The notes: generated by a model from the letters alone, not told the origin. 64,000 nt of DNA from Lytechinus pictus (GCF_037042905.1 NC_087245.1:7132001-7196000), one strand, 5' to 3'. Shown: positions 25,152-39,655, numbered from the stretch's first letter. A program made the numbers and translations.

Positions 25152-27058
25152 TATATCTAAGCCTTAATTCAGTAACTTTTTCCTCACTCAATATGTACTC
25201 GATTTGTTTGGAAAACCATTTTCTTATCCATGTCATATTCTATTTTAGGTCCTGCATTTCGAATATCTCCAGCCATCAGTCGTAATACATGCATGTATGG
25301 TGCGGGTGTCGCGAGAAAGAATTTTGCACACGAAAAGCAGATCTGTAGGGCCTGTAACCCCCCTGTAGCACAAATCTTAGCATTGATCGCAGAGCAGTTT
25401 TCTACGTTTGATTCTATTGACTATAAAGTAAAATCAATCTAAAAAAAAAGTGGGGGATTAAGCGTCAACTTTTGTGTTAGGGGATCCTAATATTAGCGTC
25501 CGTGAGGATTGCGAAAGGTGGCAATTATCGGTTGTAATAGGCCCCTTTCCTCTTATACCCATTTCTGATATGTAGCAGGCGCCAGCATTAATTTTTTTCT
25601 AGCGTTTTTCTAACCTTTTGCTTCAATCCGTATGCATGGATAAAAGCAACTTGTAATAAGAAAAAAAAATTAATATTAGCAGAAATACCTTAGATTATGT
25701 TCGCACTTACGTTTCTGAAAGCAAATGCTATTATTAAGGTGAAAATGGTTAAAGTGTGGTACATGTTTAATTTTATATGGTCACAAATTAGTTTTGTCTC
25801 ATTCCTTTAGCGAGCAGTTCCTTGTGATTTAATAAACGGCATTTTCGCTGAAACGAAGACGGATTCCATAACGAAGTCAATATATTTGAAAATGCCCGTC
25901 AAATGCAAAAGACAAGCTGGGAGGTCTTTGTGGTAAATTGGTGAACCCTGACTGCAGTATCGTCTGAAGTTTCGGAGCTAACAAAAAAGAAATGAAAATA
26001 AGTAGTTTGTCGAGAGTCCAGTACTAAACTGCTGTTTTGATTCAACAATGTTCGAAAAGATTTCTTGGTTGTGCTTTGTCATAAAGGGCATTTGAATCTA
26101 TGTTTTTGAATCTGTAGTGCGCCATGGAAGCGAATACTACCTAATAACACGCTCCGGTGGTGCGATCATAATCAAAGGCAGGTTTCATTAAATCAAACAT
26201 CCCCCTTGGAGCATATAAAAATACTAATCAATGATATTATGATGGCCGGACCGTGGTCAGTATCTCTTATTTCCTGATTCGTCAATGATTTTTGTCTAAT
26301 TTTCATTTCCATAAGATAATGATGGCTACTCATATAGCGCACTCTGTCTACCTTTTGGTGCTCATGGCGCTCCAAGAATAATAAATATATACATAAACAA
26401 TAATTTAAATGAAATTAAAAACGAGAAATAGAAAAAGAATGGAAATTCGAGTTCCCATGAATATAATGCACAATTAGACTGTTTATGGGAAAGGAACAAA
26501 TTAGTTTTTAGTTGGGGCATGAATGTTTCTGTTGATTCTAGGCCCAAAAATTATAGGACATTTCTATCATGTCTACAGTTTATGCTACATACATATTTAC
26601 AATATTGAATTTATGTCCCAATTCTGTTATCACTTCTATGTTCTGATGTTATAAAATTGTCACATGATATTGTATTGTAAATAATGCGAGCGCGAAGCTT
26701 AAAATTGCCTGATATTTCGACTTGAAAACTGGAAATTCTTTGCACTTTTTGTAATTATTCTTTAGATATTCCGATTTAAAAGTTTTGCGTATAATATTTT
26801 TATTTTAAAAAGTCATTGCAATCATTCAATTCATAAATAGAGTCATTGTAACCATACTCTCATGATGCAGTGGATGTAGGTCTAACTTTTGCAGTGAAGC
26901 AAACATACTGATCTGTCATGGCCAAATTATTGTTGAATTGATCGTGGGAGCGGTATGACCGCCCAAGGAATTTCGCGTTTTTAGAATGCAAAATTAGGCA
27001 AATAAAATCATTTTGAATGCATTGAAGAAGAATCCAAGCATTTTTGTGAATATTACTG

Positions 27059-30000
27059 TACCTTAGACCTTAGCTCGTTTCATCCACATGTGGACACTGA
27101 TCCGCAAGGGTCCGCCACTTGAGCTGTGTTCTGGCCTATTTCCATTACCTTATGTACATGTCTTCCTGTTGAATCTGAGACCAATCTTGTTCATTTTTCC
27201 TTTGTTTATCTGTACTCATTTGCATAGGCGGATCCAGGGGGGCCCGAGGGGCCCGGCCCCGCCCCTTTATTGGCGGAGCAAAAAAAAAAGAAAAAAAGGA
27301 AAGAAAAAAAAAGAGGGAAGGAGAAAAAAGATAAAAAAGAAGAGGATGAAGACGAGTGAATAAAATAAGATGAGGGGAATACTTGGAAAATAAATTGAAT
27401 CTTTCATGTCACTTTATAAAATTTTCGCTCGCGCTTCGCGCTCGCATTGCCTCTTGATTTTCGTATCTTGTTCAATATGGAATTTAAATATCAACTTTGT
27501 AAGTCAATATTCAAAACATATTTCACCTCGGAAATCGTACTTTCATTATTTTGTGTGATTTACAAATTGTTTTCTGCTCGTGCTGTGCGCTCGCAAATTT
27601 TGATTTATCACATTCCTATCATTTTCGTGTATGCCATAAAGTTTTCAAAATATCCCTTTTCAGGTCTGATTTTCAAAACGTATCATATAGCGCTGCACGC
27701 TCGCATTTTGATTGGCTAGTAATGTATGTCTCAATATTGATTATACAACAAACTACTTAAAATCCCGTTTTTATGACAGTAAATCAAAAATTTGGCTCGC
27801 GATTTGCGCTCGCATTAATGGTTAAAATATATTAACTTATAATAACAAAAATGCTTGAAATGTCCAGTTTTCAGGCTATAATATTATCATATTTCGCTCC
27901 CTCATTAGGCATTAATGAATAAGATATTAATTTAATAATTAAATTGCCCCTTTTCTTTCATCTCGCATTTAGCAAGAGGAATAGGAAGATAGTCATCATT
28001 TTCATCTGCATGTCCTAATGATGTCCCGGTCCTATGTTAAAACTCAAAGGAAAAATAATTAAAAATATCAGCTCTTTATTAAGTGCGATCCATATCCACC
28101 TCACAATTTTCCTACAGAGTGCTTGAAATATAGAGCTGAAATTGACTCATTTTTCAGATCGGAATATTTAATAGTTTAAGTTCGCGCTCGCTTTGATTTT
28201 CATGATAAAAGATTTATTTAGAATGCGTAGATTCTAGGTCTAAATATGAAACATGTGCGCGCGTGTTTATTCAGATAGTCAACTTGTTCTCTATTTAAAT
28301 CATCCAGTTTCAGATCACAATATCAAAAATTTTCTGCTCGCGCTTTGTGCTCGTATTGTTAATGTAGGAAGATCCCCTATTAATCATTCTTTCCATGATT
28401 TACAAAACATGAATAGAGTGTCCAGTTTTTAGGTCTAAATCTCGATTTTTCCCTATCAATTGTTTAGTTATTTACCTAAACTGTTCACGATTACAAAAAT
28501 TGATTAAAATTTTACATTCTTCATGTAGAAATGTCAATTTTTTTTAGTTTGCGCTTCGCACTCGCATTATTTGATTGTTGAAATATGTAACGTCTTCATG
28601 GATAAGTGCAAGCCGTCCTTTCTAGTTCTAGTTCTGCGCTCGCACTATTAATGTAAGGAAGATCCCCATTTACTCATCCCTTTCATCACTGTTCATGATT
28701 TACAAAACTTGAATAGAGTGTCTCGTTCAGTAGGTCTAAATCTCGAAATTTTCCACTCACGCTTCGCGCTCGCATCAATTGTTTAGTTATATACCTATTC
28801 TGTTTAAGTTACAAAAAGTGCTTAGAATTTCAATTTCTTAGGTAAAAATGTATTTTAAAAAATCAGCTCGTGCTTCGCGCTTGCATTATTTGAATTTTTA
28901 AATATGTAACGTCTTCATGGCTAACTGCAAGCAGTTTTTAACAGTACATTTTCCATCATATTCAATTCTGCTCTACACATCTTTTTCAGGATAACAAACA
29001 TTGCCCAGAATGTTCAAAATTTTATGATAAAATACATAGATTTCCCAAAAAAAATTACCTCGCGCTTCGCGCTCGCATTATATAAAGAAGGATTATGGTA
29101 TTATATATTAATGTTTATTCATAAGAATAAAGCTAAGAAGTGACTATTAGGACTACCCCTTCAAAGAAACCAAAACCCCGGCATAAATCATATTCGAGCG
29201 GCCGATCGGGGAAAGTATGGCTGAAAAAAAAATCCGACCACCCCCCCCCCCCCCCCCCCCCCATTGGCGAAGGCTGGATCCGCCCCTGCTCATTTGTAAA
29301 TTATCTTGGTTTTGGATCAAAAAGTGCGATGTCGTCAGCAAAGTCGAGATCAAACAATTTGCTTTGCCCATAAGGTATACCTGTTTCCGTTGTCTACACA
29401 TCTCATTCCATAGTCGATGACGAGGAGGAACAGGAAGGGTGGCAGGATGTCTCCTTGTTTGACCCCTGTGGTAATTTCAAATAGTACAGTGTTCCCCCTT
29501 TCCATCTGGATGCAGCTCTTACTGTCTGAGTAAAAAGCTTTCATGATCCCAATAAATTTGTCCGGAATTTCATAGGATTTAACAATTGACCACATTGCTC
29601 TTCTGTTCACGCTATCGAAAGCTTGTTTGAAGTCAACAAGCATGATTGACAGTGATTGTTGAAATTACCTTGTCATCTCTATCACTCTCTTTATAGTATG
29701 TATTGCACCTGTACAAGATCGACCCTCATGGAACTCAAACTGTTGTTCTCTGAGTTGTGGGTCCACTCACTACCTTGTAGATTATTCCCAGTACACCACT
29801 TGTCATGTAACAGCTAGAAGCGTCCCTCCCCTCCAATTTGCACAGTTTGTTAGATCACCTTTTTCATGCTAGCTTTACTATCAGTCCTGTTTGCCATTCT
29901 TTTGGTATTTTTTCGTGTTGCCATATCAGGTTGCACGGGCGGCATATCTCTGCAATTGCAGTCTCATCCAAATATTGAAGCATTTCTGGGTGAATTCCAT

Positions 30001-31840
30001 CTAGTCCAGGTGCCTTGTTGATTTTAAGTCTCTTCAGGGCACATTTGGTCTCTTCTATAGTTATCTCATCAGTGTTGATATCTAGATTTTCTGTCTCTGT
30101 TGTATTTACATCGATTTCCTCTTCTGGAGATGGTTGATAATTTCTTTGAAGTGTTCCACCCATCTTTGCTTTACATCTTCTGGCGTTTTAAGTGGTTCAC
30201 CATCTTTTCCCTTGACTGGAAGGTTAGATTTTCTCTTAGTCCTTCCAGACATTTCTTTAACAATCTTATAGACAGTTCTTTTGTCATTTCTGGAAGCTGC
30301 ATTTTCGTTTCTTGGGCTTTGTGTTTATACCGTGTGGCCTTGTCTGTCCTGTGTTTTTTCTTAACTGTTTATCCAGTTTCTTGTATTTTACTTCATCTTC
30401 TGCTTTCCTAGAAGACAAATACCTTGTTCTCTGTTCTTTCCTTTGAGCGGTGGACTTCGAGGTATCATCAGAGATCCACTGTTCTTTACGGGTCCGTCTT
30501 TTAAGTCCCACTGTTGATTTGGCGGTATCGTTAACTACCTCTTGAAAATGATTCCATACCCGTCTAGATGGTCTTCTAGGTCATCTCTTAGTACCGCAAA
30601 TCTATTCTGTAGTTCGGAGTTTGAATTTTGTTGCCAATGTTTGTCTTTAAATTTCCCAACATCACATTGTTTAGTTCTTGTAACTTTCTTCTCATGTCTC
30701 TTGAACTTTATGTTCAACAGTCCCTTTAGTAGATAGTGGTCACTGTTTATGTCCACCCTCTACAAGCCCTGGTATCCTGAAGCGATGATTTCCAGCGCTG
30801 GCTGATACAGATAAAGTCAATTTCATTTGTTGTACGCCCATCTGGAGAAAGCCAAGTCTTTTGCGGATGTCTTTGTGCTTAAAAATGTGTTTCCAATGCA
30901 CAAGCTATTTTCTGCACATGCACGTGAGAAGTCTTTTTCCATTATCTGTGGTCCAGTCTCATTGCATGTGGACCTATTACCTTCTCCCATCCTCTCCTTG
31001 GCTGTCCAATCTTTGCATTAAAGTATCTAATTACTAATATAATGTCATGTTTAGGAACATCTTGTAGAACGTTGTCGAGCATCTGATAGAATTCATCCTT
31101 GTCTATATCTGGTTTAACATTTGTTGGAGTATAAAATTGGATGATAGTATATTTGGCATGTGAAGATTGCAGACAGTCAATAATTATCCTGTCAGATATA
31201 GGTTCCCACCTCAATTCAGATATTCCTAGTATATCTAAGTTGTAGTTGTCCATTTCACCTATAGCTTGTTCCAGTTTCCCTGATTCTCTTAATGTTCTAA
31301 CATTCCAAGTCCCAATTGACGTTACACTTTTGGCCGATGAGGGTCCTACCCTTCATGCAGTCAGGTCCCAGATTGGTAGTGGTTCCTGTGGGTTCCTTTC
31401 GGCTTTTTCCACCCGCAGTCATCTGTGCGTCGGAACGCTGCTTTCCCCTATCGTTCCGGTCCAATTCAGTAGTTTCTCTTGCGGTTTCCGTAGCATTCTT
31501 TTTTTTTTCGGGAGGAGGTTGCTGGCCCACTGCTAAACTTCCTAAATTATTGGTAAGGGTTATAGGGGGTCATCGCCTCTTTCGGGTACACCCTGATCTG
31601 TTCGTTACCATTTAGACCGTGCTGATAGGCATAACAGTCCCCAGCACAGGAAGGTAGACCAGGACGAAATTTACCCAGCGTCTCTCAAGTTTATCAACCC
31701 ATCACGTCTCTACACTGCCAAAGCAAAGGCAGAGAGATAAGCTACCAGGGGTGGTCTCCTCCTTGGTTGTCCACCATACGCAAATGGTAAAAGTAGCCAG
31801 GTTTGAGGGACCAATTTTACTAGATTTGAGGGATCAATTG
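27059..31840 (-). mobile_element. Decayed RTE-clade LINE with internal deletions, split by a hAT-type MITE
   Basis: Fragments LDILGISELRW, FYTPTN, SDHYLL, KAPGLDGI, DFKQAFDSV, TTGVKQGDILPPFLF, DFADD; 3' remnant and CTAAGGTCTAAGGT tail at 27059-27222; 5' boundary approximate. Confidence 0.85.
27223..29288. mobile_element. hAT-type non-autonomous element, family A, second copy
   Basis: Same termini as 4747-6578; 8-bp TSD CTCATTTG (27215-27222, 29289-29296). Confidence 0.88.
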
Positions 31841-32194
31841 TTACTATATTAGATATTAATTTGATGATTTAAAAATACTGTTTCTGTCTTGAAAAGTGGG
31901 GAATGATTGTACATGCAGGTTCCCCCCTCCCTCCGAAAAATGTGTGGGGTTTATATCCAACCGCCCCCCTCCCGGGAGCGGCCCGTGCCTTAGATAATTT
32001 TCTAAAAGTAAATCGGTCGTTTGATGATCTGCATGAAGAAAGGTCATCCAATGAGGTAACGTTATTCAATTATGTTGTGCGCCTCGGATGGGTGAGCCAC
32101 ATTCACTGAAACCATTGATCTAATTCCGGTCAGTAGCTGAAACTCGTCGACGATCAATCAAAGCCAAAGAAGATCCATTCATTGTGTTTACTAA

Positions 32195-35100
32195 TAGTCT
32201 GGATGATCGGTGCAAAAAATAGCAAGAATTGTTCAGATTATGGTACAAGCATGAAATTTGGCTGACAGGTAGAGTAAACAGTGCTGAACATTTTTAGCAG
32301 GGGGTGCCAACCTGATCTCTCTTCGTATAGCAACAGTTGCTAGGTAACATATTTACCTTAGCAACCACCATTTTGGGGGTGTTATTTTCATTTTAAAAAC
32401 TATATTTTGACTTCTAAGCGCCAAATTTACAATCCCATATCAAGCAACGTTCCAACCATTTACAGCAACAGTTGCTAAGCAACACATTTTCCATAGCAAC
32501 TACAGATAATATTCCTGAATACCACATCTGGTCATAATATTTGAATGAAAATTGTTAGAAAATTTGTCAAAATATGAAACCTGGGAGTAATAAGTCTGAA
32601 AAAATCAGAAGCAGTCCAAATAATTATAATATCTGAATAATAATAGTATTTAGGTAATAAACCTTATTCTGATCTACATTATTTGATTATATTTCTTCAT
32701 ACTTTTTATTCATACATGACAAGGCTAACACACCGACAAAAATCATCACTGGGTCATTGAATGTGCTTACTATTTAATAATTATTAGCATCTCGCCTGTT
32801 ATGAAAATGTGACAGGGTATTGTAATGGATGTAAATGGAACACTTGGAAAGACACTGAAATTTTAGGGGAAGCTAAAATTTGATTGATAATTAGACTAAT
32901 CGTCCCAAATGACAAAGCTTCATTGGGAAGAAATGGCGATTAATGCCCACACACTTACTTGTCAGTAAAGTTTTGATATTATTGTCTGACTTGAATAGCA
33001 TGTACAGTAGACCTGAAACAGCCTCAATCATCATTGACTGTATGTTCACTGTATAGCATGGACAGTAGACCTGAAACAGCTTCAAGCATCGACTGTACAT
33101 GTACCACTTGTGAATATGTCACGAAGCAGTACATTTGTCGATTATACAACAAAATCTTTTAAGAGAAATTGCTATCTCTGTAAATTGACACTTATCATTA
33201 ACGCCGCATCCTACAAATCATGAAGATGAAGCGGTAAAATGCAAGATATTGTATGTTGTACCAGGTCATCAAAAAGAATGGTTGGAAAAAGGAAAGCAAT
33301 GTAAAGGTGTTGGTACAGAGCTTTGCAACCTGCTTGAAATGACTTCTTTTATCATTCTTGCCCATTACATTTGAGCATCTTAAAAATAACCTAATTATTC
33401 TAATCCCAAGTTTACTAGAAGCAATTACCACTGTATGTATCTCTTTTATTTGATCATAATGCTGGGCACTTGAGTCATTTATATAATTTACATAATATTT
33501 TGCAGTTTCTAGATGATGAAGGAAAATAAATGATTTGTATTTACATTGTAAGTTTCCAATAGCTTGGGTACAATTCTAGCGAACTAATCGAACGTACATT
33601 TTAAGTGTCGCACATGCCTTCTCAAAGTAGGGCATATATTTATTCCAAAATTTAAGTTAAGACTGGGTTAATCATAAATACGGGAAAGAAAGACTACTGT
33701 GAAGCATGCAGTATGCTCGACAAAGAATATCAGAGGCCACAGAGGAATACATCAACAAAGTTACAGTCATAATCCTCTTCGGTGGGACAATTAATTGTTC
33801 ATCAATCAAAGTGTAAAAAACATTTCTCTCCATAAGGAAATTATATTGCGAGACAAGGTGGTAGTGCCATCAGCAGAATCATTTCCATCTGAGTTGGACA
33901 TGCCAAGAAGTATTGGAGGTATATGGAAGGAAGAAGCATATCAGAACTTAATGCTACTGTTATGTGGCCGAGTATGGATCACGTCCAGCCAACCTGATAT
34001 CAAAAGTGCTTCACATACGTAGGTGAGAAAGTCAGATGCGCTTAGATCTATCAAGTCATGATCGATCTTGAAGCTGCAGGATCCTGGCCAAAATACCTGC
34101 AATTGGAATTAACAGGTCAAGTCAACTTCTGCACGATCTTTCAAATCATGGATCCTGGAGCTGCAGGATTGATCCAGGTCAAAACACCTGGAAACAGAAT
34201 GGACAGGTCCAAATCAACTTCTGCAGGTTCGAGTCATGTTAGATCAATCACATAGCTGCAGGATCCAGGCCAACATGCCTAGAAACGGAACTGACAGGTC
34301 CAAATCAACTCTAGCAAGATCTTTCACGTCATGATAAATCCCAGAGCTGCAATACTAATCCAGGTTCAAACTCTTGGAATAGGAACTGACAAATCCAAAT
34401 CAACCTCTGCAGAAGTCACAATGGATTATGTAGCTGCAGGATCCGGACCGACATGCCTGGAAACGGAAATGAATGGTTTAAATCGAATCTAACAGATCTT
34501 TCAAGTGATGCTAAGTCCTGGAGCTACAGGATTGATCCAGGTCAAAACACCTAGAAAAATAACGGTCAAGTCCAAATCAACTTCTTCACAAGCTTTCAAG
34601 TCATGATAGATCCCCAAGCTGCAGGATCCAGGCCAGCACGCCTGAAAACAGAACTTGCTGGTCCAAATCAACAGTTGCAAAATCTTTCACGTGATGACAA
34701 ATCCTAGAGCTGCAGGATTGTTCCATGTCAAAACACCAGGAAATAGAACGGACAGGTCCGAATCTACTTCAGCAGGATCAAGTCATTTAGCTCCAGAATC
34801 CAGGCCAGCATGCCTATACATATATAGAAACGGAACTGACAGGTCCAAATCAACTCTAGCAAGATCTGTCACGTCATGATAGATCGTACGTGGAGCTGCA
34901 GGATTGTTCCAGGTCAAAACACCATGGAATCTGAACTAACAGATCCAAATCAACTTCTGCAGAAGTCATGATAGATCATGTAGCTGCAGGAACCAGGCCA
35001 ACAGGCAAGGAATAACACCGAATGGTCCCAATCGATTCTAACAGATCTTTCACGTCATGATAGATCCCGCAGCTGCGCAGGATTGATCTAAGTAAAAACG

Positions 35101-36327
35101 CCTGGTCAAAATGAACTCCTGCCCGTGGCATCCGGTTTGGGAACGGCATGGAGAACTAATATGATCTTCATCGCAGGCTACGGAAGGGAGTGGGTAAACC
35201 AAGGCAAAGTGTGTTGGCTTTCAAGAGGCCGACTACTGTTAGCAAGGGATAAAGTGGTATTCAAGCACTCTATTGAAAGTTCACTTCTGGCAAGTTTTTG
35301 GTGTTTGAAAAAATTCTAAACTTAGTTGACTCAATCAATTGTTGGTGGTCATTCTTTAATCTCTCCAAGATCAGAGATATTTAGGTTGTAAGTACCCATG
35401 ACTTCCTGGGGAGCTCTTGTAACCGTTCTTCAAGAGTGACCTCTTGCTAAATATTGATATTGTGGAATTATTTCCTAGGGTCGATCTTTTACATAATGTT
35501 TAAATTAATCTAGAATAAATATGGTTTCCAAATGGATAATTATGGGTGAGGTTCTTTTCACATGCAATATATACATGTATTATACCAATAATATGGAACC
35601 CATAGACATCGTCTTTGGAAGTTGTGCAATGTTTTACTTTTTAAGCATCTATTAGTACCTTTATGATTTACCCACATCAATAATCTTACCTTACGGCCTT
35701 TAACCATTGGTTGCTACAGAAAACATATTTCTTACCAACTGGTACTTCGCATGGGCTTGTATACATGGTATGATTGTTCTTGGGTTGTTGTGATTAATGT
35801 ATTAATGCGCTAATAAAAAAGATGCGATTCATAGAAATTATAATCATAAAAAAGATACCTATAATAAATGGTTACCGTGGAAATTGTTACTTAGCAACGG
35901 TTGCTATGGTGCTCATTTTGTCTACCTATGGAAACATTCATCACATGAGGAATCTATGGGCCAGATTTAATTTCTGAGCTATTCTGAGTAAATTGTAATG
36001 ATCTGAACTAAGACAAAGAATCTGTTGCTACGGAAGAGGGCCACTTAGCAACCGTTGTTGTGAATAAATGGATCAAAACTATTATGATACAAAAGTACAT
36101 GCTTTAGATTAAAATTTATATGACATATCGCCTGTGAAAATGTAACTCAAGCCCAATTAAGCTCAGTTACTAAGGTAAATATGTTACCTAGCAACCATTG
36201 CTATGTTTGGTGAACTCACGTTGGCACCCCCTGCTAAAAATGTTTAGAATAACTTACTCTAACTTTGTGCCGATTTTCATGCTTGTACCATTTTCTGAAC
36301 ATTTTTTTTCACCAATCACCTAGACTA
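32195..36327. mobile_element. Academ-like non-autonomous DNA transposon with long imperfect TIRs
   Basis: TAGTCTGGATGATCGGTG...CACCAATCACCTAGACTA; inverted similarity extends over 150 bp (TTTTTAGCAGGGGGTGCCAAC / GTTGGCACCCCCTGCTAAAAA); 3-bp TSD TAA. Confidence 0.7.
34050..35110. repeat. Tandem array of about 12 units of ~90 bp, alternating between two subtypes
   Basis: GCTGCAGGATCCAGGCC-type and GCTGCAGGATTGATCCAGG-type units alternate at about 34073, 34160, 34254, 34346, 34433, 34523, 34618, 34709, 34790, 34895, 34983, 35072. Confidence 0.85.
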
Positions 36328-36497
36328 TAATGATCAGACCAGGATTCCTTGTCATGCAATTTTCCTGCATTGGTCAGCGATTATCGAAAGACGTAAAACT
36401 AACGTGAATTCAATATTCAACCAGCAAGGTCGACTACATCACCAACTCCGATCGTTGTCTACATTTTGTTGAAAATGTGTTTTTATCCACATAAAAT

Positions 36498-36558
36498 ATG
36501 GAGCGAAAATCGGGATATTTATGTGTTCTTTGTATTCTCCTTGGATTTCTAGATTCGG
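36498..36558 (+). CDS. Exon 1 (signal peptide MERKSGYLCVLCILLGFLDS) of YWTD-propeller/HYR gene
   Basis: ATG, basic n-region, hydrophobic core, consensus donor G|gtaagt in phase 1 matching exon 2. Confidence 0.75.
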
Positions 36559-37386
36559 GTAAGTGCATGCATTTAACAGTTAGTTTGATTTGTTGGTGTG
36601 AATTAATATAAGCATCTTTTCAAGTTTATTTTGAAAATATTTATGTATAGAGATTCCTTAAAATCTTTGGGCAAGGAACTGCAATATAGGCTATAGGCTA
36701 CTGGTACAGAAAATACAAACCATTTTTGTAAGTAAAGTTCGTGTTGGGGGTAGGTGATACGAATTTTGTTGTCTTGTTGGGTAGTTTTGTAGAGATGATT
36801 TTTTACAGATCATATTTGAAAATGTTGCAGGGAGATCATAAATTGGCCGAGTTGGAACAGATAAATATTAACTTCCAAAATGTTGTTTAAAAAAAAAAAA
36901 TCTTATCTGTATGCCGTCTGAAATGTGTTCGGAATATTATCCTTAGGGGGGTTTTTCTGCAGAAATATAGAATGACCCTTCCCCGTCAACATAATAAGGA
37001 GAAAGTAAAAAAAGAATTCTTAAGCAAAGTAAGCGCATATCAATATGAGCAAAAGGAATAAGTCCCGAATTTCACGTGGTTCCTTTTTACAAATTGAAAA
37101 CAAATGATGTAAACGAACCAAAAAAGGGAAATATTTCGTAAACAAATTTCAGCCCAGAGACGGCGGAACGTACAATGAAGTGGAGGGGCACCTATTGTTT
37201 AGCAGACAAAAGGTGCCCCTCCAATAGGTGCCCCTCCACTCCTTCTGGAGTGAACAGTGAATATTAATTTTTAGACATTTCACTCCAGATGGAGCGATAA
37301 TGCACTCTAAAAAGATGTGAATCCCACTCCAAAATGACTAGTCCCTCGTCTCGCTCTGGGAGGAGTGTCATTAGCGCTTTTGCATT

Positions 37387-37801
37387 GCCCGTCTCACACT
37401 ATGCGATTCGTTGCGATCTGAATTTCAAATCAATTGTGATAACATTTGATGTGGATATTCCAACTAATAAAATATTACGGATCAGAATTTAGTCCCAATT
37501 TAGTATAGTGGTAGGACTATACTGAAATCGAAATTTAGTCCATTTAGAGCCTCCCTGAATGAATAAAAACAAATTCAGTTCCAAATCGTAATGACGTCAT
37601 CATCGGCTGCGACTTAGTCCGATTTGGACTTTACTCCGACCTTGCCACAAAGTAAAAATATGATTTTAGTTTTCCTAACAATATTCCAAACTTAAAATAA
37701 AATACTTTTACTTACTGGAACTTTCATATTTAATGCAAAATGAGATTTCTTGAAAAATCGCGTCGCAACGGATCGCATAGTCATGATAGTGTGAGACGGG
37801 C
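37387..37801. mobile_element. MITE with TIR GCCCGTCTCACACTA (PIF/Harbinger-like)
   Basis: GCCCGTCTCACACTATG at left, TAGTGTGAGACGGGC at right; TSD unclear. Confidence 0.6.
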
Positions 37802-38387
37802 TTGTGTACAGATACTATGTAACGCATCCAGCTAGCGTATGGCGCCAAAGCGATATTCTTTAACGGGGAACATATTTCATTATTGTGAAAGAAATTAATG
37901 AAGAGAACTATGGTAGACGTAACTTAAATCAAGGTTCTCCAGAGCTATCTACCCTTTGGAATCATTGGTGAGGCCGGCAAAATGTCTGTTCAGGGAATCG
38001 AACCCGGGCCCCCAGCTTAGAACGCCGGTGCCTTAACCACTAGTTAGTAGTGACTGGGGCGACCCCGTCCGATTAATGATCATTGTTCTCTTTATTCATT
38101 TCTTTCACACTATATTTCGGTATAGTATGAGTTGAAGTTTTCTAAGTGCTTGATGCCAGGGCAGAGTAATAGATATGTTCATATTGCTTCGTTTGCTACC
38201 GACAATTTCACGCCCTTGGCGATCTTAAGGCAATATATCTGAAGATCGCCAAGGGCGTGAAACCGTTGCGATGTCTGCTACCAACGCCAAGCAAGGTCTG
38301 AAAATGAATTAAGAGTATGATAGACTGAGATAATTTCCAGAATATCCATGGCATGATCCCGATCTCTGCTTGCCTTTTTTTAAACAG

Positions 38388-38630
38388 TGTCACCTCAAAT
38401 GGTCTTTATAGCACTTAATCAACAGATAATGTATGCTAATCTGACGTCAGAAGATACGCATATGATTACGGATTCCAGGTTTATGGTGATTTCCACCGTT
38501 GAAGCTGCCCCGAGTTCGATAGACTATGATCCCGTTGACCAACGTGTCTACTGGTCGAGCCATGAAACTAATCAAATTGGTCACGTCAGATTGGATGGGT
38601 CTGACGGAGAGGTCATAAATGGAATACCAG
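38388..38630 (+). CDS. Exon 2: LDLR class B (YWTD)-like repeats (PSSIDYDPVDQRVYWSSHETNQIGHVRLDGS)
   Basis: Acceptor ttttttaaacag|TG, donor CCAG|gtatgt, phase 1-1. Confidence 0.85.
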
Positions 38631-39344
38631 GTATGTTTTCCGGTGACTAATTTCAATCTAGGCTATTCACACTATGTCTAATATCTCCCTAGCCTAACAC
38701 CTCTAAGTCTAAATGGTCGTCAAATTAATTGTTTATGATCGTTGATGAAACGACTTTTATTTGAAAAATATAATCTAATAAGTAGACGAAGTGGAAAATA
38801 TACAAAATTTATTGCAAACCAAGTGGGATTAGACATTATCATATGGTGTAGGGCGATCTAGGTTTTACCGCCTAGCTGTATACCACATACATGACATAAT
38901 GTTTTCATGACATTTCGAAAAGGTCTCGGGGAAGGTTTTTATTTTCTTATTTTTTAAAACGTTATTATAACATTCATGCAATCAAACATTATCTTTAGTT
39001 TAATATTTTAAGCATATTTTATAATAACACCCACTTTTTTATCTTTTACCTGTATGATTTTAGAATATTGTATTTAAAAAAAATCAAGAATGCAAAAGTA
39101 ATCTATAAAAATACTGTTGTATTTTATTAACCATTGACCTTTCCCCCTCTTCCTGGATATTGCGGAAATTCATTCAAAATGTACTTTCATTTAATAATTA
39201 ACATTAATAACATTCAAAACAGAGCTGCGGACATCATTTTACATAAAAATGTAATCGATATTAATTTGTGAGAGCGAAACAGACTGGCAGCCTTTCCCAT
39301 TTCCCATTCTTCCCTCAATCATAAAAAACGATTAGTCTGACTCG

Positions 39345-39655
39345 CTTCGTGGTCAGCAGATCTGTTATAGAACTTATAGCTGTCTGTGTGACTCTCGTCT
39401 TTCCATCAGAGGGACGTGGGTTTGAATCCCAGCTATGGCGTGCTTTCCTTCAGCAAGAAATTTATCCACATTTTGCTGCACTCGACCCAGGTGAGGTGAA
39501 TTGATACCCGGTAGGATTTATTCCTTGAATGCTTTAGCGCCTATACAGCGGCTCAGCTACAGCCGGGGTAATAATATGATATCGAGTATCAAGCGCAGTA
39601 GAGTATATGCAATTATAATAGCTGCGCTATACACTGGACCATTATTGATAGATGA
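39345..39655 (+). mobile_element. tRNA-derived SINE of a related family
   Basis: B-box-like GGTTTGAATCCC, core CTCGACCCAGGTG; boundaries approximate. Confidence 0.65.
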
